A stretch of 61,734 bases of DNA from contig JAJSAJ010000012.1 of assembly GCA_024274855.1 (NCBI GenBank), positions 1-61,734 on the forward strand, given 5' to 3'. Shown here in pieces: positions 41,710 through 50,220 of this stretch. Made by a program: the position numbers and the translations under genes. Below the pieces are notes generated by a model. That model did not search any database and was not told the origin of the DNA. It saw nothing but the letters and a program-made list of their open reading frames with translations. The DNA comes from Planctomycetota bacterium. GTDB taxonomy: Bacteria > Planctomycetota > Planctomycetia > Pirellulales > Pirellulaceae. The number at the start of each line of letters is the position of its first letter. Position 1 is the stretch's first letter.

Positions 41710-42067
41710 TTCGTTCCCCTTTCAGCTGCCGATCGATGCGTCCCGCCAAACGAACCAAAGAATCGCAGACGTCCGAAAAAACGGGCTCGGCACCCCGGCG
41801 CGGACGCGCGACCAGATCGATGCCCGCCGGTATGCTGCCTTGATGTAACCGAAACGCTTATCGAATCAGGCGTTTCCAGCGGTTGCGCACGACCGCATTT
41901 CCGACACGCCGCGAGACGGAAAGTCCCAATCGAGTATGGGGCAACCCGTTTTCGCACCCCTGGACAACCAGAACACGATCTGCCGCATAGACATTTCGTC
42001 GGTAGACACGATCAAAATCTCGCTGCCAACGAACCCGCTGTCGCCTAAAAAACGTGTTGTGTTTCAC
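41582..42067 (-). CDS. rnpA: Ribonuclease P protein component, interrupted by an in-frame TAA at 41858-41860 and lacking a stop at the expected rnpA/yidD junction
   Basis: ...[36 protein letters not shown]... The RNR motif and the conserved C-terminal half are in one frame. That frame stays open until TAA at 41582-41584, inside yidD. Confidence 0.8.
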
Positions 42068-42561
42068 CGTTCTGTATCATCCTGACCCGGCGGCACACCG
42101 TCCACCGGCGGGTGCAATGGCTTGCCGGCCCAATCGTCTGAATCGATCCGCGTGCCACGCCCCGCGATCCCAACCCGATCGGTATCAAGCCGCTTGAGGC
42201 TGCGCCGGCCAACTCGCATCGTCAGCCACGCCCAGACAACCAGCCCAATACCACCGATTGCCAGCAGCGCCAGCGAGCCGATCAGTTTGAACCAGACAAC
42301 AGGCGTAGGGTGTTTGGTTGTAATCTGAGCTAACAGCGGCAGTTGCACTGCGAACGTTGCGTACCCCAAGGCGACAGCCTGGGATCGCATCTTCGAGCGG
42401 TTGCGGCAGACCGCGTCGATCAAACGACGGACCGACTCGCGTTGTTTCGGTAATGGTCGCGTGTCACCTGTCACGGAACGGCCGGTCCAAGTGCTCAGAC
42501 TCCGGCCGTTTTGTATCGCGAGTCGGTCTCGTGACCGGTCTTGGGACGATTGGCTTACCAT
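42064..42561 (-). CDS. Hypothetical membrane protein (two predicted TM helices), translationally coupled to neighbours
   Basis: Its ATG overlaps the upstream stop (ATGGTAA) and its TGA overlaps the rnpA GTG (GTGA). No family recognised. Confidence 0.4.
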   Translation of the reverse strand: MVSQSSQDRSRDRLAIQNGRSLSTWTGRSVTGDTRPLPKQRESVRRLIDAVCRNRSKMRSQAVALGYATFAVQLPLLAQITTKHPTPVVWFKLIGSLALLAIGGIGLVVWAWLTMRVGRRSLKRLDTDRVGIAGRGTRIDSDDWAGKPLHPPVDGVPPGQDDTER

Positions 42562-43502
42562 CGCAAATTCGCTCTAGGCTCCATTGGATTATTTTGGTCG
42601 ATCTTTCGAACCAATTCGGCCGTCTCCTGATCGATCGTATCGGGCAGCACGATGCGGAGTTCGACCAGCAGATCGCCCGCAGTTCCGTGTTGGGGTTGGA
42701 CTCCATGTCCACGGAGTCGAAGGCGGCGGCCACTGGAGGTTCCCGGAGGAACAGTCAACGCGACGATTCCTTTTGGAGTTGGGACATCAATTTTTGCGCC
42801 AAGTGCGGCCTCGGCCAACGTAACCGGCACGACCACGTCCAGATTGAACCCATTGCGTTTAAAAAACGGATGGGGTGCAACCCGTACGGTGATCAGGATA
42901 TCGCCGGCCTGTCCCCCGGTTGTCGAGGGAGCACCTTGGCCACGAACACGAATCTTCTTTCCGTTTTCGATCCCAGCCGGGATCTTTACGGTGATCGTCT
43001 GCACTTTCCCGTCCGATTGGGAAACATTCAGCGTCGCCTCACCGCCGGAGATGGCCGTCGCAAAAGGAACTTCGATCTCAGCCGCTAGATCGCTGCCGCG
43101 TTGCGGACGTGCTCGGCGCCTGGGTCCACCTGCGGATTGCCAGAAAACGTCGCCAAATCCTTCCGGACCTCTCCCGCCAAACAGCTGGCTAAAATCAAAC
43201 TCCTCGAATCCGGCTCCAGCTCCGCCTCCACGGCCCCAACTGGCCCCGGCCGAGGGCCCGCCCGCGCGCCCGGCGCCGGCTGATTCGAACGAACTGCCGT
43301 AGCGGTCATAGAGTTCCCGTTTTTCAGGGTCTCCCAGCACCTCATAGGCTTGCTGGATCTTTTGGAACTTCTCCTTGGCCGCTTTATCGTCCGGGTTCAT
43401 ATCTGGGTGATGTTTGCGGGCCAATTCGCGATATGCGCGCTGAATTTCCGCTTGAGAAGCATCCCGTTTCGTTCCCAGGATCTTGTAATAGTCCTCGTCC
43501 AT
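42555..43502 (-). CDS. J-domain co-chaperone, CbpA-like (DnaJ class lacking the zinc finger)
   Basis: [55 protein letters not shown], a G/F-rich linker, and DnaJ C-terminal domains. Confidence 0.8.
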   Translation of the reverse strand: MDEDYYKILGTKRDASQAEIQRAYRELARKHHPDMNPDDKAAKEKFQKIQQAYEVLGDPEKRELYDRYGSSFESAGAGRAGGPSAGASWGRGGGAGAGFEEFDFSQLFGGRGPEGFGDVFWQSAGGPRRRARPQRGSDLAAEIEVPFATAISGGEATLNVSQSDGKVQTITVKIPAGIENGKKIRVRGQGAPSTTGGQAGDILITVRVAPHPFFKRNGFNLDVVVPVTLAEAALGAKIDVPTPKGIVALTVPPGTSSGRRLRLRGHGVQPQHGTAGDLLVELRIVLPDTIDQETAELVRKIDQNNPMEPRANLRW

Positions 43503-44026
43503 GGCACTCTCAAATGATGCGTCTTGTTTGGCGACCAATCCAACAATCGTTTGGTCAACGGATCGACATTACGATTGGTGAGTGTAAAAAACGGAAACCG
43601 GTACAGTACCAAGAAGTTCCCAAACAAACGCCTTGGAACAATCTGGGCTTACCGGCACCGACGCGAAGCGATGCGGCCCCCTAAGCCTACCCCCCCAATT
43701 GATCGTACGCCACCCACGCTTCAAAATAGGTGGAGCCAGCCTGTACGAGAAATTGGCGGCGCCAACACCCAAACAAACATCGGGTGAATCGACGTTGACA
43801 ACTCGGATTCAGTTTCGGCCCGATCCATGTTCCTACGGCCCAGGGCGGCGAGATTCCTTTCCCTGCCGCCGAAAAACGCCTCGCGGCCCCCACCATAATA
43901 GCCGGCAAACGACTATCATAAGGCACGGGCCCGAAACTGCTCTATTTTATGCCTCGACACCAACCATCTTCAAGCGGCGGCAGCAAAGTCTTTGACGAGC
44001 CTTGGTTTTCCGGCATTGCGGTAGGA

Positions 44027-45580
44027 ATGAAGCGTATGACCAAAACGATATTCAGGTGGGTACTTGCCACACTTATCATGGTATCTGGTCTAGTTGCGGA
44101 CCAGCAGTTGGCGGCGAAAACGAAGGGCGAGTTTGAGATTCGCGCGGTCGATGGCGACACGGGCCAGCCGATTGCGGTCCGGATGCATTTGCTTAATGCG
44201 CGAGGCAGACCGATCAAGCCGCCCCGTCTACCGTTCTGGAAGGGCCATTTTGTTTTCTCGGGAAAAGTCGTCTTGGAATTACGGCCCGGTCGCTACACCT
44301 TCGAGATTGAACGGGGCCCGGAATACCCCGTTCGAACGGGTCATTTCATGATCAAGCGCGGAGCGACCGACAACACGCAAATCACGATGACTCGATTTGT
44401 TGACATGAAAAAAGAGGGTTGGTGGTCTGGCGACCTGCATATCCACCGTGCTCCACGTGATGTTCCGCTGTTGATGCGGGCCGAGGATCTTCACATAGCG
44501 CCGGTGATTACATGGTGGAACGATCGGACGACTTGGAAGGAGGGCAAGATCCCTGATGCGGCACCGGTGCCGCTGGGTAGCAACGCATTTTACAATCTCA
44601 TGGCCGGTGAAGACGAGCGTACTGGCGGTGCCTTGCTGTACTTTAATCTGCCGGGCCCGCTGCCATTGCCCGCGAGATCGCAGGGCGAGTTTCCGCCAAT
44701 GATCCGATTCCTGAAAATGGCCAAGCAGCATCCCGACGCGCACGTCGACATCGAGAAGCCTTTCTGGTGGGACGTGCCCGTCTGGATTGCCACCGGGCTG
44801 TGTGATTCGATCGGCTTGGCCAACAACCACATGCAACGTGACGGGATGCTGGATAACGAGGCCTGGGGCAAGCCACATGATACGACATTCTATCCACCAC
44901 CGCTCGGCACGGGACTATGGACCCAGGATATTTACTACCCCTTGCTGAACTGCGGCATTCGGATCCCGCCCTCGGCCGGTAGCGCGTCGGGTGTTATGTC
45001 GAATCCGATCGGCTACAACCGCGTCTATGTCCAATGTGGCGAGCATCTTGATTACAAGGCCTGGTGGGAGGGCCTGCGAGCCGGACGGGTCGTTGTCACG
45101 AACGGTCCGATGTTACGTCCGAAAGTAAACGGCGAGTTCCCGGGGCACCTGTTTCGTGCCGATGCCGGCAACAGCGTCACGCTGTCGATACGCCTGAACC
45201 TAGCCCTTCGAGATCACGTGAATTATTTGGAAATCGTCAAGAATGGCGAGGTTGTGCACGAAGTCCGCCTCGACGAGTATCGAAAGAATAAAGGTCGACT
45301 GCCAAACGTTACGTTTACCAGCAGTGGGTGGATGTTGATCCGAGCAGTAACCGACAATGCCAAGACGTACCGTTTCGCGTCGACCGGGCCCTATTATGTG
45401 GAGATCGGTCAACAGCCCCGAATCAGCAAAGAAGCGGCACAGTTTTTTCTGGATTGGGTCGAGCAACGAATCGCCAACCTGAAGATCCCCGATGCAATAC
45501 ACGAAAAGGAAATAATGAAATACCAGATTGCCGCACGGCATTTTTGGCAACAGAGAGTCCAATCCGCCACGTCCGACTGA
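44027..45580 (+). CDS. Secreted hypothetical protein with PHP/CehA-like metal-hydrolase motif
   Basis: Signal/TM segment, WWSGDLHIHRAPRD motif. The family assignment is tentative. Confidence 0.45.
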   Translation: MKRMTKTIFRWVLATLIMVSGLVADQQLAAKTKGEFEIRAVDGDTGQPIAVRMHLLNARGRPIKPPRLPFWKGHFVFSGKVVLELRPGRYTFEIERGPEYPVRTGHFMIKRGATDNTQITMTRFVDMKKEGWWSGDLHIHRAPRDVPLLMRAEDLHIAPVITWWNDRTTWKEGKIPDAAPVPLGSNAFYNLMAGEDERTGGALLYFNLPGPLPLPARSQGEFPPMIRFLKMAKQHPDAHVDIEKPFWWDVPVWIATGLCDSIGLANNHMQRDGMLDNEAWGKPHDTTFYPPPLGTGLWTQDIYYPLLNCGIRIPPSAGSASGVMSNPIGYNRVYVQCGEHLDYKAWWEGLRAGRVVVTNGPMLRPKVNGEFPGHLFRADAGNSVTLSIRLNLALRDHVNYLEIVKNGEVVHEVRLDEYRKNKGRLPNVTFTSSGWMLIRAVTDNAKTYRFASTGPYYVEIGQQPRISKEAAQFFLDWVEQRIANLKIPDAIHEKEIMKYQIAARHFWQQRVQSATSD

Positions 45581-45740
45581 TCGCCCCGCGCGATTCAGTA
45601 TTCGGGGCGTCTGGATAAACGACCTCGCTCGCGTCTGGCAGAAAGCCAAGTCGTTTTTCAATCAGACAATTACACTCAGATCAACTGCCCGGCCGTTGCC
45701 AGCATGCTGGAGTGCCGAAGCCTCGGGATAACCTTGCCGT

Positions 45741-46631
45741 ATGAACTCTGAACCAATCTGGCGTCCGCTCTATCCGTTTGTTTCACACTACCATGCGGAC
45801 GATTCCGTCCGCATGCACTACGTCGACGAAGGGCAGGGCCAGCCGCTGCTGATGGTACACGGAAATCCAACCTGGTCATTTTATTGGCGAAATCTGATAC
45901 TCGCCTTTCGAGATCGGTACCGTGTTGTCGCGGTTGATCATGTGGGGTGTGGTTTGAGCGACAAGCCACAACACTACAGGTACACGCTGCAGCAGCATAT
46001 CGACAATCTCGTTCGCCTTGTGGACCACTTGGGGCTGGACAACGTGACACTGGTCGCGCACGACTGGGGCGGACCGATTGGCTTGGGGGCCGTGTTGGCC
46101 CGACCCGATCGATTTCGAGGCCTCGTATTGATGAACACCGGCGCATTTCCACCAGATTTTATTACATTGCGAATCCAGTTGTGCCGAGTTCCGTGGATCG
46201 GGGAATGGGCCATCCGGCGACTGAACCTGTTTTCTCGGGCAGCTTTGCACATGGCCGTTTCCAAGCCCGAACGGATGACACCTGAAGTGCGAGCAGGTTT
46301 GCTTGCCCCGTATGATAGCTGGGAACATCGTGTCGCGGTCGCGAGGTTTGTCCGCGATATCCCACGCTCTCCGAGTCACCCGACGTGGCGAGTCCTGCAG
46401 GAGATCGAGCAGGGGCTTCGCACGCTGAGAGACCGACCTTGCCAGCTTATCTGGGGTATGCGTGATTGGTGTTTTCGACCCAGTTGTCTCGAACGTCTGG
46501 TTGAGTTGCTGCCCGAGGCCAAGACACACCGGTTGGCCAACGCAGGCCATTATGTTGTCGAGGACGCCTACGAGCAGATCATTGCAAGAATAGAACGATT
46601 CCTGGAACGAGAAGTCGGCACGAGTGGGTAA
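45741..46631 (+). CDS. Haloalkane dehalogenase-like alpha/beta hydrolase
   Basis: HGNPTWSFYWRNLI and LVAHDWGGPIGLG motifs. 296 aa. Confidence 0.75.
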   Translation: MNSEPIWRPLYPFVSHYHADDSVRMHYVDEGQGQPLLMVHGNPTWSFYWRNLILAFRDRYRVVAVDHVGCGLSDKPQHYRYTLQQHIDNLVRLVDHLGLDNVTLVAHDWGGPIGLGAVLARPDRFRGLVLMNTGAFPPDFITLRIQLCRVPWIGEWAIRRLNLFSRAALHMAVSKPERMTPEVRAGLLAPYDSWEHRVAVARFVRDIPRSPSHPTWRVLQEIEQGLRTLRDRPCQLIWGMRDWCFRPSCLERLVELLPEAKTHRLANAGHYVVEDAYEQIIARIERFLEREVGTSG

Positions 46632-46693
46632 CCGAGGGCGGCTGGGCCGCCAACCAACTCCGAGCTACCTTGGGCAGCTTTGGGAATGAACGT

Positions 46694-47605
46694 ATGCAAC
46701 AGTCATTATCGATCGGCCAGTGCGCCACACTGGCCTGTTTGCTGGAAGTTGCGGCGCCCAAGCCCGGCAACGTGCATCGAGGGGCCGATTTCGAGGACTT
46801 GACCTTTGGCGATTTCCTTGTCAGTGCCACGGCGATTGCGCCGGCCATGGAAGCCGCTTCACGCCGAGGTGTCGGCCCGACAGTCCTGGCAGCCATCCAA
46901 GCAACCCATCAATGGGTCGCGACGAACTCGAACTTGGGAACGGTTTTGCTGTTGGCTCCGTTGGCGACTGTTGCCCCCTCCGAAACACTTCAGTGCGGCA
47001 TTGCCGAGGTGCTGCGAGGATTGACCGCTCGTGATAGCTTGTGCGTTTACCAAGCCATTCGTGTTGCCAAACCAGGTGGGCTGGGGACGGTCAGGTCGAT
47101 GGATGTCGCGACCGGCGCTCCAGATGATCTGTTGCAGGCGATGGCCGCAGCCGCGGACCGCGACATGGTTGCTCGACAATACGACAACCAGTTTGCGACC
47201 GTTCTGCGAGAGATCGTTCAGTGGCTCAGCACCGGACTGGAACAAGGCTGGGCGCTGTCCGACTCGATCGTTCATTGTCAACTCCAGTTGATCAGCCGAT
47301 ACGGTGACAGCTTGATCGCTCGCAAGTGTGGTCAAGCTCAGTCGCGTGAAGCAGCGGATCGGGCAGCCACAGTGTTGGAGAGTGGCCGACCGGGAGATCC
47401 GAAGTACTTTCGAGCGTTGTCGGATCTGGATTTTTGGATGCGAACCGACCATCATCACCGTAACCCGGGGACAACCGCTGATTTGATCGCTGCCGGACTA
47501 TTCGTCGCCCTGCGCGACCAGGTCTTGCCGCTGCCGTTGAGAGCATTCGCGACCCTATCCGGACCAGAAAATAACTCTGCTTCCAAACAGAAGGGTATCC
47601 AATGA
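46694..47605 (+). CDS. Triphosphoribosyl-dephospho-CoA synthase (CitG/MdcB) family protein
   Basis: ACLLEVAAPKPGNVHRGADFEDLTFGDF is the CitG-family N-terminal motif. The stop overlaps the next start (ATGA). Confidence 0.7.
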   Translation: MQQSLSIGQCATLACLLEVAAPKPGNVHRGADFEDLTFGDFLVSATAIAPAMEAASRRGVGPTVLAAIQATHQWVATNSNLGTVLLLAPLATVAPSETLQCGIAEVLRGLTARDSLCVYQAIRVAKPGGLGTVRSMDVATGAPDDLLQAMAAAADRDMVARQYDNQFATVLREIVQWLSTGLEQGWALSDSIVHCQLQLISRYGDSLIARKCGQAQSREAADRAATVLESGRPGDPKYFRALSDLDFWMRTDHHHRNPGTTADLIAAGLFVALRDQVLPLPLRAFATLSGPENNSASKQKGIQ

Positions 47606-48114
47606 GCGAACGATATCGCGTTCAGCTGAAGAAGGCACATCACGTGTTCAGCGCAGCCCATTTTATTACGTACGACGGACAGACGTGTGAGCCGTTACAC
47701 GGCCACAACTACCGGGTGGCTGTCGAGTTGGAGGGACCACTCGACGAGAATCACTATGTTGTCGACTTCGTGATGCTGGACAAAGCTATCTGTTCGATTC
47801 TGGCCGACCTGGACCACCATGTGCTGCTGCCAACCGAACATCCGGCAATTCGTGTTGTACCTACTGAAAAAGAAGTGGTCGCGACCTTCGAGCAACGACG
47901 CTGGGTGTTCCCACGCAGTGACTGCGTCCTGCTTCCATTACCCAATACGACCGCAGAACTGTTGGCCCGATACATCGCCCACCGGCTGATCGGTTTACTG
48001 GCCCAGAATGGCGTCGAACACCCGCGGATCTTGCGAGTGGCGGTCGATGAAAGCCTCGATCAATGGGGCCAGTGCGAACTGGAGGCCACCCCGTCGCGAT
48101 CGGAAACCGATTGA
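47602..48114 (+). CDS. 6-pyruvoyl-tetrahydropterin synthase / QueD family protein
   Basis: FSAAHFITYDGQTCEPLHGHNYRVAVELEG...HYVVDFVML matches the PTPS/QueD His-triad region. Confidence 0.75.
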   Translation: MSERYRVQLKKAHHVFSAAHFITYDGQTCEPLHGHNYRVAVELEGPLDENHYVVDFVMLDKAICSILADLDHHVLLPTEHPAIRVVPTEKEVVATFEQRRWVFPRSDCVLLPLPNTTAELLARYIAHRLIGLLAQNGVEHPRILRVAVDESLDQWGQCELEATPSRSETD

Positions 48115-48124
48115 ACGATCTGGT

Positions 48125-48252
48125 GTAACCGTTCACGGAATGTAGTTCGCTTCCAAGGGATCAGACCCATTTTCGGCGACAAAATGCGTTCGCGTAAAGA
48201 AACGCTTTCTCCGCCGAAAATTGCGTCAGACCCCAGCGGCGTGAACGGCTAC
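48125..48252 (+). mobile_element. 128-bp palindromic MITE-like element, copy 2, flanked by the 8-bp direct repeat GATCTGGT
   Basis: TIRs GTAACCGTTCACGG / CGTGAACGGCTAC. GATCTGGT occurs at 48117-48124 and 48254-48261, with one extra T at 48253. It is the reverse complement of the copy at 35719-35855. Confidence 0.75.
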
Positions 48253-48786
48253 TGATCTGGTTTTGTCAACAGCATGTTTGACGTGGCCGTTTTGGGGGAG
48301 TGTGGAAGACCGAATCGACTGGTGCTACCCTGTGTCCTGCAATTTGGCGAATTCCAGGTCTTCCGCGAGTCTGGTTCTGCCAGACGGCCAAACCGCGTAT
48401 CAGCCCCCCACTTCACCCCTCCCGCTACCATATTCGACCACATGGTGGCACAACAACCCAACATGCAAGACGTTTAGAAACCGGATTTGGCCGGGGAGGC
48501 GGTCGCCGCGGTCGGATCATGTGCTCACTCACCGCAATCGGAATAATCTCTTCAACTATCCTACCTGCGCGCGCCGATATGTTACGACGAGGCCTTGATC
48601 GTGACGTGGTCCACCACACGTTAGCCCAGCTAACGACCACTGCCTTACGACGCGTGGGGCAGTCGGACAACGCGCGCGTTTGGCCAGCAGCCACACGTGG
48701 TGACGCCCAGTCCACTGTCAATCCCCGCGTCTGCGCGGCTGTCCGCCGCAGGTCAATAACTCGTATCGTGAGAGGCTTTTACGTCG

Positions 48787-49791
48787 ATGTCCACACCGAC
48801 ACCCAACGTGCGCAAAGCCGCGATTCTGTTGGCCAGTTTGCCGCAAGAACAGGCTGCCGCAGTGCTTAGCAAACTCAAACCGAAGCAGATCGAAGCCGTT
48901 TCGATTGAGATCGCCCGCCTTGATCATGTCGGGGGCGATGAAATGGAGTCGATCATCTACGAGTTTGCCGACGCAAATCCCAATTCGTACACAGGCTACG
49001 GCGGTGGCTTGGAACTTGCGAAGTCACTGGTTCAGCAGGCGTTGGGGAAAGACGCTCGGGACACACTTGACAACGTCCAGCAGACGATCGAGGCCTTGCC
49101 GTTCGGGTTTCTCAAGAAAGTGGATCCCACCAACCTGGTCACATTCATCAATGACGAACATCCACAGACGATCGCTTTGATTCTTTCCCATCTGGCACCC
49201 TCGTACGGCGCCCAGGTCATTGCCCAGTTGGCGCCGGATCGCCAGTTATCGGTCATCCAGCGCGTTGCCAGCATGGGGGAAACCAGCCCCGAGGTCATTC
49301 GGCAGGTTGAGCAAGGTTTGGAGTTCCGAATGGCCACGGTGACCAACCAGGCGTACGAGCATGCGGGCGGTGTCGCGACGGTCGCCGAGATCCTGAACGT
49401 CACCGATCGAACGACCGAGCGTAATCTGTTGGAGAATCTGTCTCAGGAAGATCCGGAATTGGTCGAAAATATTCGCCGGTTGATGTTCGTGTTTGAAGAC
49501 GTCAACAAACTAAATGACAAAGACATTCAAGCTGTGCTCAAGAATGTCGAAAGCTCGCAGTGGGCGATGGCGCTCAAAGGTGCGAGTGAAGAGCTCAAGA
49601 GTAAGATCCTCGGCAACATGTCCCAACGAGCGTCTCAGATGTTGTTGGAAGAGATTGAATATCTCGGAGCGGTCCGCCTGTCTGAAGTCGAGTCGGTTCA
49701 ACAACAAATCGTCGATATTATTCGCCATTTGGAAGACGCGGGGCAAATCACAACCCATGCTGAGGAAGAGAACGAAGAGTTGATCGAGTAG
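48787..49791 (+). CDS. fliG: Flagellar motor switch protein FliG
   Basis: 334 aa. AAILLASLPQEQAAAVLSKL, EHPQTIALILSHL and the C-terminal MLLEEIEYLGAVRLSEVESVQQQIV are typical FliG. Confidence 0.9.
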   Translation: MSTPTPNVRKAAILLASLPQEQAAAVLSKLKPKQIEAVSIEIARLDHVGGDEMESIIYEFADANPNSYTGYGGGLELAKSLVQQALGKDARDTLDNVQQTIEALPFGFLKKVDPTNLVTFINDEHPQTIALILSHLAPSYGAQVIAQLAPDRQLSVIQRVASMGETSPEVIRQVEQGLEFRMATVTNQAYEHAGGVATVAEILNVTDRTTERNLLENLSQEDPELVENIRRLMFVFEDVNKLNDKDIQAVLKNVESSQWAMALKGASEELKSKILGNMSQRASQMLLEEIEYLGAVRLSEVESVQQQIVDIIRHLEDAGQITTHAEEENEELIE

Positions 49792-50043
49792 ACTTGAACC
49801 GTGCAACGACAGCTTTCGTTCGACAGCGAGTAGGATCCATTGGGTTTCGTCAAGCGTGGAATCGCGAGCGTTGATTCCAATTTCTGGTTCTCGCACAACA
49901 CGAGTCTTCACGTTATTTCGCGGCTCGCGCGCTGCCGATGTAAAGTCCGAAAGTCAGCTCTTGGCCCATTGCGATTGCCCCTCCGACGCGGACGACGGCG
50001 CAACTTCCATCAAGTCATTGTTATCCTGCAGGTTTCTCCTCGG

Positions 50044-50077
50044 GTAGCCGTTCACGGCTTTGGGCCGCGAACGTTAC
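50044..50077 (+). repeat. Short hairpin resembling the two MITE termini without the internal part
   Basis: GTAGCCGTTCACGG-ctttggg-CCGCGAACGTTAC. The arms resemble the TIRs of the elements at 35.7 and 48.1 kb. Weak call. Confidence 0.25.
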
Positions 50078-50220
50078 GGCGATTTGCGTTGCCCCGACTA
50101 TACGTATCCGAAGATCCCCGTATCATGTTGGCTAGTCTGGATATTTCATGAAGTTCGTGGCGAGGAGCCGCGAGTCGAGGCGGATGCAAGGGGAAGGCCT
50201 TGTGTCCTCAGGAACAGACC

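Noticed and set aside
35719-48252. Composite transposon bounded by the two inverted MITE copies
   Set aside because: Each copy has its own, different 8-bp direct repeat, which indicates independent insertions. The 12-kb interior contains core genes (rnpA, yidD, J-domain chaperone) rather than cargo, and no transposase.
48300-48869. 189-aa ORF upstream of and overlapping the fliG start
   Set aside because: The translation is implausible (Arg/Thr/Pro-rich), it overlaps the well-supported fliG start, and it has no RBS.
48787-49791. Isolated fliG without fliF/fliH neighbours as an anomaly
   Set aside because: The gene is intact and typical. Dispersed flagellar genes are common in this phylum, so this is not evidence of anything unusual.
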